Shown here one piece after another: positions 27,722-37,321 of a stretch of DNA of 64,000 nucleotides. The position numbers and the translations under genes are program-made. The notes beneath the pieces were generated by a model, which searched no databases, was not told where the DNA came from, and saw only the letters and a program-made list of their open reading frames with translations. How positions within the stretch are numbered: position 1 is the first letter of the stretch; every line of letters begins with the position of its first letter. The stretch is from the NCBI GenBank assembly GCA_035403525.1, contig DAONFE010000004.1, forward strand, positions 5,698 through 69,697, given 5' to 3'. This DNA is from Candidatus Cryosericum sp. GTDB lineage: Bacteria > Caldisericota > Caldisericia > Cryosericales > Cryosericaceae.

Positions 27722-28286
27722 GCACCTCACCCATCTTGTCTGCCACTACGCCCCTGATCTGACCAAGTGCTCGGAACAGAAGCACCTTGACGTTGCTCTC
27801 ACTGAGTCCGAGCAGAAACGCAACCTCATGTACTGATCGTCCTTCCAGAAGACGCAATCTGACGACGGAGCGCCTGGGTTCCTGGAGCGCATCGATCGCC
27901 TGCCGGATGATAGCGCGAGTGTCGGCTGCCTCCGCAAGTTCATATGGGTCCCTCAGCAACCCTGTGCTGTGTCCGTCCATGAACTCCTGGAATGGCAGCA
28001 TGGACCGATTAGTATGCTGCCTGTAATAGTCGGTCAGGACGTTGCGCTCGATCTTATACACCCACACGTCGAGCGGAACACCCTTGTAGGCGAAGTCTCC
28101 TATAGCTGATACTACCCGGCTCATCGTTTCCTCTGCTATATCTTCCGCGGTTGCCCTGCTCTTGACGTGCCTCAATGCATAGGCAAACATCCGCGGGACA
28201 ACGTCTCCAACAAACTCCTTCCAGGCATCGTTGTCGCGCAGCTGCAGTCTGTGAAGGAATTCCTCCGTGTTCAGGTCCATGCCCAT
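27708..28286 (-). CDS. ECF (group 4) RNA polymerase sigma factor
   Basis: Region 2 (AEDIAEETMSRV...WVYKIERNVLTDYYR) and region 4 HTH (LQEPRRSVVRLRLLEGRSVHEVAFLLGLSESNVKVLLFRA); start 28286 or 28280. Confidence 0.92.
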   Translation of the reverse strand: MGMDLNTEEFLHRLQLRDNDAWKEFVGDVVPRMFAYALRHVKSRATAEDIAEETMSRVVSAIGDFAYKGVPLDVWVYKIERNVLTDYYRQHTNRSMLPFQEFMDGHSTGLLRDPYELAEAADTRAIIRQAIDALQEPRRSVVRLRLLEGRSVHEVAFLLGLSESNVKVLLFRALGQIRGVVADKMGEVHGQQ

Positions 28287-28301
28287 CCTCTCAACCCATA
28301 G

Positions 28302-28328
28302 TAACGAAGGGAGACCTGACTGGTTACA
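28302..28328 (-). promoter_or_regulatory. Putative ECF-type autoregulatory promoter
   Basis: TGTAAC (28328-28323), 16 bp, CGTTA (28306-28302); resembles B. subtilis SigW/SigX-type TG(A/T)AAC-N16-CG(T/A) promoters. Confidence 0.55.
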
Positions 28329-29028
28329 GGGGGGTACTGGTCCGAGGACCGAAAATGGCGGTGCCCACGCGAACCATGTTGGAACCATGGGCAAGCGCCA
28401 GCTCGTAGTCATCAGAAGTTCCCATGGAGAGCAGTGAGAACTGAGCTGTTCCCATCTGACGCGCCAAATCCAAGTAAAGTTCGTGGACACAGTCATACAT
28501 CCGGGCACGCTCTGCCATCGTGGCCGCCAGAGGGACAACTGCCATCAGGCCATTGAGTCCCCTGAGCCATGGCACTTGTGCGGCGGCGAGTGCTCGCACT
28601 TCGGTCACGGTGAGTCCGCCCTTTTGAGTCTCCCCGCCAGCATTGACTTCGAGGAGAAACACCGATGCACGGATGGCAGGATCGTCGCGGTGGTTGACCA
28701 CCCTCTCCAGAAGCTCCTGGTCCGAGGAGTCGACCGCGTCAAACAGCCGGAGAATGGGATTGTACTTGTTGGACTGAAGGCGTCCGATGAAGTGAATGGT
28801 TACGGGCCAGTCATGACGCAGGCTGAACAAGTCCTTTCTGACGGCCTCCTGCAGATAGTTCTCGCCTATCTCAGTCGCGCCTGCCTCAAGGACGTCGAGA
28901 ATCCTGTCCAGCGGCTGCGTCTTGGTGACACACAGCACGTGCGGCTCAGCTGACAGGCCCGTTGCCTGCTGGTAAGCAGCGGTGGCCCTGTCGCGAACGG
29001 CGATGAACCGTTCACCAACGAGACTCAC
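28324..29028 (-). CDS. yggS: PLP homeostasis protein YggS/PROSC
   Basis: LCVTKTQ (PLP Lys), IGENYLQE, HFIGRLQSNK, LSMGTSDDYELA..HGSNMVRVGTAIFG. Confidence 0.94.
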   Translation of the reverse strand: MSLVGERFIAVRDRATAAYQQATGLSAEPHVLCVTKTQPLDRILDVLEAGATEIGENYLQEAVRKDLFSLRHDWPVTIHFIGRLQSNKYNPILRLFDAVDSSDQELLERVVNHRDDPAIRASVFLLEVNAGGETQKGGLTVTEVRALAAAQVPWLRGLNGLMAVVPLAATMAERARMYDCVHELYLDLARQMGTAQFSLLSMGTSDDYELALAHGSNMVRVGTAIFGPRTSTPL

Positions 29029-29037
29029 AGCACAGCG

Positions 29038-30150
29038 TCAGAAGCCGCGAGGCGGCCCCTTCCGAAGGATGGCGGGAAGTTCTACCTCCTCCACCTTGAA
29101 CTCCTTCAGAATCTTCTTCTCCTGCTCAGCTTCTGCTTTCTGGGGCTGCATGCCCGAGGCAACAACCGTGATGCGGATTTCATCGCTTACTTCGCCACCA
29201 GGCTCACCCAGCAGGTCGTCGTAGGGATCTGCAAGACCGAAAATGATCTTGGCATCTTTGGATGCGGCAGACTGAATCGCCGTCGATATGGTGTCCATCT
29301 CTTCCATGGAGATCTCGTGTCCTATGACGTTGTAGACCAGCCCAGTAGCGCCCTGCATGGAGTACTCGAGGAGCTCGTAGTTCGTCGCCGCCTGAATGGC
29401 TTTCGACGCCCGCTCGTCACCCTTCCCGGCACCCATACCGATCCAGATGCTGCCCTCCGTACCGTCGCCGAGATCTGCCGGCGGTGTGGAAGTCAGTACG
29501 TTCTTCAAGTCGGCGAAGTCGAGGTTGATGATGCCAGGCGTCCGGATAAGTTCGGTGATTCCCTGCACTGCCTTCTTCAGCACCTCATCGGCTTTCCGAA
29601 ACGCATTGCTGATGGTAATCTTGCCCTCCTCAAGCCTGAAGAGACGCTGGTTGGGGATGACAACGAGTCCATCCACACTGTCGCGAAGCTCCTTGATTCC
29701 ATCAACCGCCACTTTGGCACGTTGCGGTCCCTCGAACGCGAACGGTTTTGTTACGATAGCAATTGTAAGGATGCCCAGCTCGCGGGCCACTTTGGCGATC
29801 ACAGGTGAACCGCCTGTGCCGGTCCCCCCGCCCATGCCGGCGGTGATGAACAGGAGCGAAGCTCCGCTGATAGCTTCTTTGAGCATCTCGCGGCTTTCCT
29901 CGGCAGCCTTCCGTCCGATGTCAGGATCTGCCCCTGCGCCCATACCGCGAGCGACCTTGGCGCCGATCTGAATCTTGCTCTCTGCGCGGCTGTACCGCAG
30001 TACCTGGGTGTCGGTGTTCACTGTCACAAAGTCAACACCCGAGGGAAAGTCGCCAACCATCCGGTTGACAGCATTTCCGCCCCCGCCGCCGACCCCGATT
30101 ACCTTGATGCTTACGTTTGAGCTTCCCCAGGGATCCAGTCGATCATCCAT
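29038..30150 (-). CDS. ftsZ: Cell division protein FtsZ
   Basis: VIGVGGGGGNAVN, GMGGGTGTGG tubulin signature, INLDFAD, C-terminal ELPAILRK peptide. Confidence 0.99.
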   Translation of the reverse strand: MDDRLDPWGSSNVSIKVIGVGGGGGNAVNRMVGDFPSGVDFVTVNTDTQVLRYSRAESKIQIGAKVARGMGAGADPDIGRKAAEESREMLKEAISGASLLFITAGMGGGTGTGGSPVIAKVARELGILTIAIVTKPFAFEGPQRAKVAVDGIKELRDSVDGLVVIPNQRLFRLEEGKITISNAFRKADEVLKKAVQGITELIRTPGIINLDFADLKNVLTSTPPADLGDGTEGSIWIGMGAGKGDERASKAIQAATNYELLEYSMQGATGLVYNVIGHEISMEEMDTISTAIQSAASKDAKIIFGLADPYDDLLGEPGGEVSDEIRITVVASGMQPQKAEAEQEKKILKEFKVEEVELPAILRKGPPRGF

Positions 30151-30177
30151 ATGGATTTGCCTCCCCGCATCTGTGAC

Positions 30178-31410
30178 TTAGTCAAACAGGTCAAGACCCT
30201 TGAACAGCCCGCTCAGACCCTTGAACGCATGCTTCTTCTTCTGCGAGGCCGCACCGTCGCTGTGAATGCCGAGATCCAGTAGGCCAACGGCCGTCGAGAA
30301 GCTGGGGTTCTTAAAGGAGCTGAACACGACATCGTCAATCGTAGGCTGTCCCACACGTGCCCGCATGCCGCTGATTTCGGAGAACTTGTCGGCAATGTGC
30401 GCTATCATTGCTGTTCCACCAGTCAGGACCAGGCCTGCTGGCAGCATGTTGTTGTATCCCGAGTGAACCAGCTCGAGCTTGACGGCCTCGGCAATCTCCT
30501 CGATACGGGAGGTCACGACGTCGCTGATATAGGACTTGGTCGTCGCCAGGACACCATCCCCCGACGCCGTCGAATAGCTGACCTGGCTGTCCTGAAAGTC
30601 CTTTCCGGCGGCAGCATCGACGGAACCATAGGCTATCTTAAGCTCTTCTGCAACGTTCAGGCTGGTCTTGAGCATCATTGCGAGATCCATCGTCACATGC
30701 CGTCCACCGATCGGAAGAACGGCCACATAGCTCAGGCTCCCGCCTGTGAATACAGCGAGGTCGGTAGTGTCGCCCCCGATGTCGATGCAGGCAACACCAA
30801 TCTCCTTCTCCTCGGTCGACAAAACTGCGTTGGCAGACGCCAGACCCTCAAGGACAAGCTTGTCCACTTTGAGGCCAGACTCCGTCACGCACCTGCGAAG
30901 GTTGTCAAGGATGGTGGATTGGCCAGTAACGATGAACGCCTCAAGCTCGAGGCGGATTCCAGACATGCGCAGCGGGTCCTTGATACCTTCCTGCCCGTCG
31001 ACGAGGTACTGGCGGGGAATGACGTGGATAACTTCCTGGTTCGGGCCCAGCAGAACCGCACGGGCAGATTCCCATACGCGGTCCACATCGTCCTTCTGAA
31101 TCTCGCGTCCCGGCCTGGAGATGGCCACAAGACCCCTGTTTACGATGCCGGTGACATGGGTGCCGCCGACGTTTACGATGACAGACGCAACTGAATAGCT
31201 GCTCATGCGTTCTGCTTCGTCCCGTGCCGCCTGTATGGCCTGTGTGACTCCTTCCATGTCCACCACGACGCCACGCTTAAGGCTGTTGCAGGGAGCCGTA
31301 CCCACGCCCAGCACGGCATCAAGGGTGTCGCCTGTCGCTGAAGCAATGAGCATCTTCACGCGAGTGCTGCCAATGTCAAGCACACTGACAATTCGTTCCT
31401 GACCCGCCAT
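30178..31410 (-). CDS. ftsA: Cell division protein FtsA
   Basis: LDIGSTRVK, KRGVVVD, IDIGGDTTD, IGGRHVT, VLTGG. Confidence 0.96.
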   Translation of the reverse strand: MAGQERIVSVLDIGSTRVKMLIASATGDTLDAVLGVGTAPCNSLKRGVVVDMEGVTQAIQAARDEAERMSSYSVASVIVNVGGTHVTGIVNRGLVAISRPGREIQKDDVDRVWESARAVLLGPNQEVIHVIPRQYLVDGQEGIKDPLRMSGIRLELEAFIVTGQSTILDNLRRCVTESGLKVDKLVLEGLASANAVLSTEEKEIGVACIDIGGDTTDLAVFTGGSLSYVAVLPIGGRHVTMDLAMMLKTSLNVAEELKIAYGSVDAAAGKDFQDSQVSYSTASGDGVLATTKSYISDVVTSRIEEIAEAVKLELVHSGYNNMLPAGLVLTGGTAMIAHIADKFSEISGMRARVGQPTIDDVVFSSFKNPSFSTAVGLLDLGIHSDGAASQKKKHAFKGLSGLFKGLDLFD

Positions 31411-31751
31411 CACGCCTCCTTCTTCAACAGTACACGGCGGATAATCGCGATGTTCTGGTACATCCGGCTTCCAAAGACGACGACAGCGGCCAGGTAAAGG
31501 TCGATGCCCAGCTGATCCCCCAGGTACCCAAGGAGCGCCGCGACCAGACTGTTGATGAGAAATCCTGAAAAGAACACGGTTGCATCAAACGAGTCCTTCA
31601 AGTACCCTTTGATGCCCCCGAGAATTGAATCCATGCCTGCAAGAAGCGCCAGTCCGACGTACTTGGAGTACACGGCAGGAATGTGTACGGGGCGTACTAT
31701 CCCGAGAACAATCCCGATGACGAGCCCACACACTGTAACGAAACCGACCAT
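31410..31751 (-). CDS. DUF1290/Sbp small basic membrane protein
   Basis: ALLAGMDSILGG...SGFLINS..A.LLGYLGDQLGIDLYLAAVVVFG.R; typical position before ftsA. Confidence 0.85.
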   Translation of the reverse strand: MVGFVTVCGLVIGIVLGIVRPVHIPAVYSKYVGLALLAGMDSILGGIKGYLKDSFDATVFFSGFLINSLVAALLGYLGDQLGIDLYLAAVVVFGSRMYQNIAIIRRVLLKKEA

Positions 31752-31773
31752 AGACTCTACCTTTCCTCCCGTG

Positions 31774-32442
31774 TCACTTGATGCTGATCGGGTTGACTTT
31801 TTGAACTATAGCACTGATGCGCCTCAGGTTCAACAAGTCAAGCGCACCGCCAGGAATCTGGAGCCCCTTGGACATGTTCTCAGCATCGCCGATAGCATCG
31901 ATGACCAGAGGCATGTTCGTAACCTTGTCCCCGACACGGATATTCAGTCCTGCCCGATAGACCGATGTGGTATCGGTGAGGCGAATTCCATTCAGAGAAA
32001 TCGCCTCGGCGCCGGACGCCCAGAGGTCACTCAAGAGGAGCAGCAGGTCCTCATCGGCCAGTATGGACGGCGTCGCCCCGGATGACTGCTCCGTAAGCGT
32101 GACCCTGATGCCAGGTCCCTCCAAAGCGGTAGCTCCCATGCGCTGCCTGAGAACCGCGATTTCACCCTCAAGTTGCTTGACCTGAGCTGCTGTGTCGTCA
32201 GATGCCCGAATGTACTGATCAACTTTCTGTGTCAGTTCCTGCTGTTCGCCAGACAGCTCCGCCTTGCGCTGCTGCAGGTCCTTGATAACCCGGATGAGGT
32301 CCTTCGGGTCTTCGTTCTGGTAGCTCTGTTTCATTTCGCGCACCACACGTGCCTGACCGGGCAGCAGGAAACCCACAAAGAGGCTGATGAGACCAAAGAT
32401 GATAACGATGGAACGCAGCGACGAAGTCGCCTGCTTTCTCAT
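31774..32442 (-). CDS. DUF881 family protein (YlxX-like)
   Basis: TM plus coiled coil, GPGIRVTL, DLWASGAEAISLNGIR, AIGD. Confidence 0.87.
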   Translation of the reverse strand: MRKQATSSLRSIVIIFGLISLFVGFLLPGQARVVREMKQSYQNEDPKDLIRVIKDLQQRKAELSGEQQELTQKVDQYIRASDDTAAQVKQLEGEIAVLRQRMGATALEGPGIRVTLTEQSSGATPSILADEDLLLLLSDLWASGAEAISLNGIRLTDTTSVYRAGLNIRVGDKVTNMPLVIDAIGDAENMSKGLQIPGGALDLLNLRRISAIVQKVNPISIK

Positions 32443-33173
32443 TTTGCCTCCCGTGCATACTTGAACGGCAAGTTGTCAAGAGAGGCAGGAACTGTGACCG
32501 AGGCCTTCTTCTCGAGCGAACAGGTTATTCCGAACTGGTCTCGATATGCCTGAAGCACTCGGAAGAAAACATCCTGCGTGATGCTATCCGCCAGGAGGTC
32601 TGGGTTGCCCACGGCCGTGATCACATATGGTGGAGACATTCGCGAGGAGTTCACGAGAATGATGGGGCCTGCGCAGACAATGGGCGTGTTCGCCAGAATC
32701 CTCTGATCGTTGATCGCAATCGCCGTTGCGCCGTACCGGCGCATGAGGTTGACCACACTGCGCAGGTACCCATCGTGAATGACAAAGTAGTTCGGGTCAT
32801 CTGACAGCGTCGGGGTGCGAGTACTGTCGCTCAGCGTCAGGACTACACCGGGACCTGTCACGTCGGAGAACCCGGCCTGGGTGCGCAGACTCTGCAGCTG
32901 GTCGGTGAGAGCACGAACCTCGCTGCTCGTTGCCGCACCCTGTGTTTCAAGCTCTGCCAGCTTTGCACGGAGTTGAAGGATGCTCTGGGCAGCGGTGTCG
33001 TTCTCCTGCTCGAGTCCCTTCATGATCTCAACGAGCTCGACGTTCTGCGCGGGCACCACGTATGCGCTGTTCACCGTCGGCTCAAACTGAACTGCAAGCA
33101 GATACCCGAAGCAGGCCGTCAGAACAAAGATCCCTGCCAGAAAAACAAAACCGGTCTTCTGTCGCCCTGTCAT
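32439..33173 (-). CDS. DUF881 family protein (YlxW-like)
   Basis: TM plus coiled coil, VTGPGVVLTLSD, GATAIAINDQRI, PPYVITAVGNP. Confidence 0.87.
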   Translation of the reverse strand: MTGRQKTGFVFLAGIFVLTACFGYLLAVQFEPTVNSAYVVPAQNVELVEIMKGLEQENDTAAQSILQLRAKLAELETQGAATSSEVRALTDQLQSLRTQAGFSDVTGPGVVLTLSDSTRTPTLSDDPNYFVIHDGYLRSVVNLMRRYGATAIAINDQRILANTPIVCAGPIILVNSSRMSPPYVITAVGNPDLLADSITQDVFFRVLQAYRDQFGITCSLEKKASVTVPASLDNLPFKYAREAK

Positions 33174-33844
33174 GACCCCTCCGGAATCACAGCCTGTCCG
33201 GCGAATCGCAAGTCGACAGTCACAGCCTTACCCTTGAAGTCTGGCATCTGAACGACCGCCACAGCACGCTGAATCTTGGAAGCGTAATCATGTCCATCAC
33301 CAAGCAGGAGTTTCTTCCCATCCTTGAGCCTCACAGACAGACCCGAGGCGGACAGAGACACCGCGACAGCTGGCAACTGCTCCCTGCAGCGAACAAGCTC
33401 CAGCAGCATCGGCGCGAACTCAAGTGACCGCGCCAGGAACGCCGTGCCGTCATTCGGGAATCCCGACACGCTCACCAGCACCCAGGACTTTTCGGCCCCG
33501 GACACAAGGTAGGCAGCTCCTGCGCGCGTGTACACGATACCGGTCTTGTCGCCCTGCCTCACGGCCAGGTCCGGTTCACCCATGTCGACCACGAGCGTCG
33601 CATTCCATGGACGCTGCCGGCTGATGGCAATTGTTGCAACAGGCAGGTTTCCCAGACGCGCCGCGACAGCCCTCTTGTCGAGGAGCGTCACCACCCCGTG
33701 CGACGCATCGCGCCATGTCTGCTGCACGAGAGGTGCCTGCCAGCCATCAGCGCCCTGTACCGTAAGCCGGTCCGTCGGGACCACCAGCCAGTACATGGCC
33801 CCCAGCAGTGCAACGACAACAGCGACGCGTGTAAGTGTTCTCAT
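33170..33844 (-). CDS. ftsQ: Cell division protein FtsQ/DivIB (divergent)
   Basis: N-terminal TM, degenerate POTRA, C-terminal VDLRF motif; position between murB and the DUF881 genes. Confidence 0.65.
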   Translation of the reverse strand: MRTLTRVAVVVALLGAMYWLVVPTDRLTVQGADGWQAPLVQQTWRDASHGVVTLLDKRAVAARLGNLPVATIAISRQRPWNATLVVDMGEPDLAVRQGDKTGIVYTRAGAAYLVSGAEKSWVLVSVSGFPNDGTAFLARSLEFAPMLLELVRCREQLPAVAVSLSASGLSVRLKDGKKLLLGDGHDYASKIQRAVAVVQMPDFKGKAVTVDLRFAGQAVIPEGS

Positions 33845-33874
33845 CGGCTCCAGGCCAGAATTTCCACTCGTTCC

Positions 33875-34786
33875 TCAGGAGAAGTCCCCCAGCAGCCTGA
33901 TCTCTGGGGAGAGGCGTACATTGAAGCGAGCATAGACGCGCTGAACAACAATGCCCATAAGCGCAACGACGTCCTGAGCCGTCGCTCCACCAAGGTTCAC
34001 AATAAAGTTCGCGTGCTTGACCGAAACTTGTGCCTGTCCGACTTGCAACCCCTTGCACCCGGCCTCTTCGATGAGCTTGCCAGCGTATGTCGTGGGAGGA
34101 TTCATGAAGATGCTGCCTGCGTTAGGATGTTCCCACGATTGCTTCGCATGCTTTTCCGTCCTGATTCTTGCGGCTGTCGAACGAATCGTGGCAGCGTCTC
34201 CCGGGTCCAGTTCGAAGGCAGCCCCCATGATAATCGCGCCGCTCTCCTGGAATTCACTGTACCGGTAATCAAAGTCGATCTGCTCATGACTCTTGAGGCT
34301 GTACTCGAGATTCCGGTCCAGGATTTCAACGTATGCGAGGTGCGTGCTGATTGCCTGCGAAAAAGAACCTGCGTTCATGAAGACCGCTCCGCCAACAGTA
34401 CCGGGGATCCCCACGAGGTACTCGAGCCCTGACAACTCGTGGCCCATCGAGAACTCTATCAGCGTACCCAGAGGCATGCCAGCCCGGGCCATCACCAGTC
34501 CCTTCTGAAGAACAGGCTGACGCGACTGCTCGACAAGTCGCACCGTCAACCCCTCAACTCCCTGGTCTGACACCAGCACATTCGTACCGTTGCCCAGAAT
34601 GGTTGTTGGAATTCTCAGCGACCTGGCAGCGCGTAAAGCGCAGATCAGATCCTCTTCGCCACTGGGCGTGTACAGGTACTCGGCAGGCCCCCCGATATGG
34701 AATGACGTGTAGCCTGACAGCGGTTCTTGACTCAGAACCTTCTGCTCGACGCGCCGACTGAATTTGTCTAGGACCGAATTTGTCAT
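33875..34786 (-). CDS. murB: UDP-N-acetylenolpyruvoylglucosamine reductase
   Basis: TSFHIGGPA, LGNGTNVL, GIPGTVGGAVFMNAG, NAGSIFMNP, KHANFIVN. Confidence 0.96.
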   Translation of the reverse strand: MTNSVLDKFSRRVEQKVLSQEPLSGYTSFHIGGPAEYLYTPSGEEDLICALRAARSLRIPTTILGNGTNVLVSDQGVEGLTVRLVEQSRQPVLQKGLVMARAGMPLGTLIEFSMGHELSGLEYLVGIPGTVGGAVFMNAGSFSQAISTHLAYVEILDRNLEYSLKSHEQIDFDYRYSEFQESGAIIMGAAFELDPGDAATIRSTAARIRTEKHAKQSWEHPNAGSIFMNPPTTYAGKLIEEAGCKGLQVGQAQVSVKHANFIVNLGGATAQDVVALMGIVVQRVYARFNVRLSPEIRLLGDFS

Positions 34787-34833
34787 CACCGGGTCTCCGC
34801 ATTCCTGAACGTTTTCCATCTCGTGCCAAACAA

Positions 34834-36255
34834 TTATTCTACAGTATTGCCGCCCGTCAGCAAGGCGGCAAACGTCAGGGCGAGCCCATTCACATCCCCC
34901 GGGCCCATGAACACGATCACACTTCCGCCACCGGCCAGGTCGCGCAGCTTCTCAAACAATTGTTCGACCGATGTCCGCGGTTCCAGAGCACTGCCAACTG
35001 CCTGGTGTATACTGTTCCGAAGTGCCGCGTTGAGTTGGTCAGGGTCACCCACACGTTCGCCTGCAGGAAAGATGTCCAGCAGAAACACCCTCGACGCCCC
35101 ATGAGCGGCGGGCCCATACCCGTCCACGCAACTCGCAACCCTGCTGTAACGATGTGGTTGAAGTACGAGGACGACATGCTTTCCGGGATAGCGGGTGCGA
35201 ATTGCTTCGAGTGTCGCCCGAATCTCGGTCGGATGGTCGGCATGGTCGGTCAGAACCAGGCCGCTCGGGCTGTCACAAAGGACCTGCATCCGGCGCTCCA
35301 TTCCGGGGAATTTCGCAATCACCCGCAGCGCTTCATCAAACAGGGCACCTGCAGCCTCACATGACAGACATGCGGCAAGTGCATTCAAGTACGCCACGCG
35401 GTCGCCGTGCTCCATTGTCAGTCTACGCTCCTGGTCACCACGCAGGATGAGCGCGGTGTTCGTCGCAGCTTCGTAGCTCATATGCACGTCACTGGAAGCT
35501 CCGCTTCCATAGAGCACGTGTCGAGGCAGGCCCTGAACCATGCGCGAGACCTCCGCGTCATCCGCGCATCCAATGACAGTTCCCCCACGCAGCGCAGTCT
35601 GACGACAGAATTGCTCAAAGGCCTGGGTCAACTGCTGAAAACTCCCCCCGTAGGCTCCAAGATGGTCTGCGTCAATATTGGTAATGACACTGACATCGGG
35701 ATGAAACTTCAGGAAGGAGCGGTCAGACTCGTCCGTTTCAAGGACCATCACCGGTCTCCCGTCCACGCATGGCCTGTCAGGGTCGTACAGTGGAAACGGA
35801 TTATCGAACCCGAGAATGCGCCCTCCAACGTAAATCGTCGGAACGAAGCCCAAGTGTGCCAGCACGTACCCCGTCATCCCCGTTGTCGTCGTCTTTCCGT
35901 GTGTCCCTGCGACCGCGATCAGAAAGTGACGCGACGCAAGTTGAGCCAGGACGTCACTCCTGTGCAGGATTTGCATGCCAAGAGCGCGGGCAGCCGCATA
36001 TACCGCATTCTCGTCAGTGATTGCCGAAGACCGGACGAACACCTCGTCTGGTTCGAGTCGAGACACCGCGGCAGCTTCTGACAGCACCTCAATGCCATGG
36101 TCGCCGAGGCGACGCGCCTCTCGGCTGTCGCTCGACAGGTCGGAGCCACGCACATGCACGCCCATGCTTTGCAGGAGCAGGGCAAGGGAACTCATGCCTG
36201 CGCCGCAGATGCCTGCAAGAAACATGCGGGTCTCCTGGTGCACAGCCTCAGCCAT
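34834..36255 (-). CDS. murC: UDP-N-acetylmuramate--L-alanine ligase
   Basis: GICGAGMSSLA, GSD, AGTHGKTTTT, ETDESD, NIDADHL, DHADHPTE, QPHRYSR. Confidence 0.93.
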   Translation of the reverse strand: MAEAVHQETRMFLAGICGAGMSSLALLLQSMGVHVRGSDLSSDSREARRLGDHGIEVLSEAAAVSRLEPDEVFVRSSAITDENAVYAAARALGMQILHRSDVLAQLASRHFLIAVAGTHGKTTTTGMTGYVLAHLGFVPTIYVGGRILGFDNPFPLYDPDRPCVDGRPVMVLETDESDRSFLKFHPDVSVITNIDADHLGAYGGSFQQLTQAFEQFCRQTALRGGTVIGCADDAEVSRMVQGLPRHVLYGSGASSDVHMSYEAATNTALILRGDQERRLTMEHGDRVAYLNALAACLSCEAAGALFDEALRVIAKFPGMERRMQVLCDSPSGLVLTDHADHPTEIRATLEAIRTRYPGKHVVLVLQPHRYSRVASCVDGYGPAAHGASRVFLLDIFPAGERVGDPDQLNAALRNSIHQAVGSALEPRTSVEQLFEKLRDLAGGGSVIVFMGPGDVNGLALTFAALLTGGNTVE

Positions 36256-37321
36256 GGCTACACTCCTCCAAGATAGTTCTCGTGATTCGGTCTCCGGCGT
36301 CCTGGCCAAATACGGTAGCCTCATACTCCAGGGCCGCTGTCAAGTCGCTGTCAAGCGCACGCAGGAGGCGTGTCAGAAAACGATCGAAATCAAACGAGTC
36401 CTGCTCAAACGACTCTCCCAGGCCAAGACTCTGCACGTACTCTGCATTCCTGGCCTGATGCTGGCCGACAGCAAACGGATATGGAACTGCCAGGGCGTAG
36501 ATTCCGCCAACCGCCAGCTCCGTGAGCGCCAAGGCGCCACCTCTCGTGACCGCGGCCCGCGAGTTCCCATACAGGCACTCCATGTGCTCCTCATAGGGAA
36601 CGATGGTCGCACGAACGGTGCCGGGACCAAGACGGTCCAGCTCATCACGCACCCTTGCGTACTCGTCGGTTCCTGTCACGACTGTGACTGCGGCACTGCG
36701 TCCGAGGTGGTTCAGCACCTGGATGGTCCGAAGGGAAAGGTCATTGATGAACGTGGCACCGCCGCTTCCGCCCAGAAACAGGAGTTCTGTTGCGTTTGCC
36801 GGGTCCTCGCGACGGTGAACCAGTTCCTCGTAGACTGCCCGCCGCAGCGGATTCCCAGTCAGAGGGTACCGGGGTCCTGAGAGTCCTTCGACGGGAAACC
36901 CCAGAAACACGTGCCTGGCGTGATGCGAAAACAGCCTGTTGGCGCGTCCCATGATGGTATTCTGCTCAAGCAGATAGATGGGAATACCCAGTTCGTGCGC
37001 TGCGAGAATACCTGGCACCGAAACATACCCGCCTGTTCCGATGAATGCGTCAGCGTGAACATCGGCCAGTACTTGTCTGGCACTCTGCACGCCACGACGC
37101 GTAGAATCAGCTAGTTTCCATACCGCTCGAGGCGTGTACAGGAGCGGTGCAGACTCCACAAGACGTACGTCCAGGCCGTGTCCACGAAAGACACGCTCCT
37201 CCATGCTCGATGGCCTTGCGAGCATCGCCACGGGGCCAGAATCCCCCAGTCTCTCGGCCAGCGCGACTGCTGGGTAGATGTGTCCTCCCGTACCGCCTCC
37301 TGCGATGACGCACCGCATCAT
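36248..37321 (-). CDS. murG: Undecaprenyl-PP-MurNAc-pentapeptide GlcNAc transferase
   Basis: AGGGTGGHIYP, GTGGYVS, TGNPLR, GGSGGA, HQARNA. Confidence 0.95.
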   Translation of the reverse strand: MMRCVIAGGGTGGHIYPAVALAERLGDSGPVAMLARPSSMEERVFRGHGLDVRLVESAPLLYTPRAVWKLADSTRRGVQSARQVLADVHADAFIGTGGYVSVPGILAAHELGIPIYLLEQNTIMGRANRLFSHHARHVFLGFPVEGLSGPRYPLTGNPLRRAVYEELVHRREDPANATELLFLGGSGGATFINDLSLRTIQVLNHLGRSAAVTVVTGTDEYARVRDELDRLGPGTVRATIVPYEEHMECLYGNSRAAVTRGGALALTELAVGGIYALAVPYPFAVGQHQARNAEYVQSLGLGESFEQDSFDFDRFLTRLLRALDSDLTAALEYEATVFGQDAGDRITRTILEECSHG

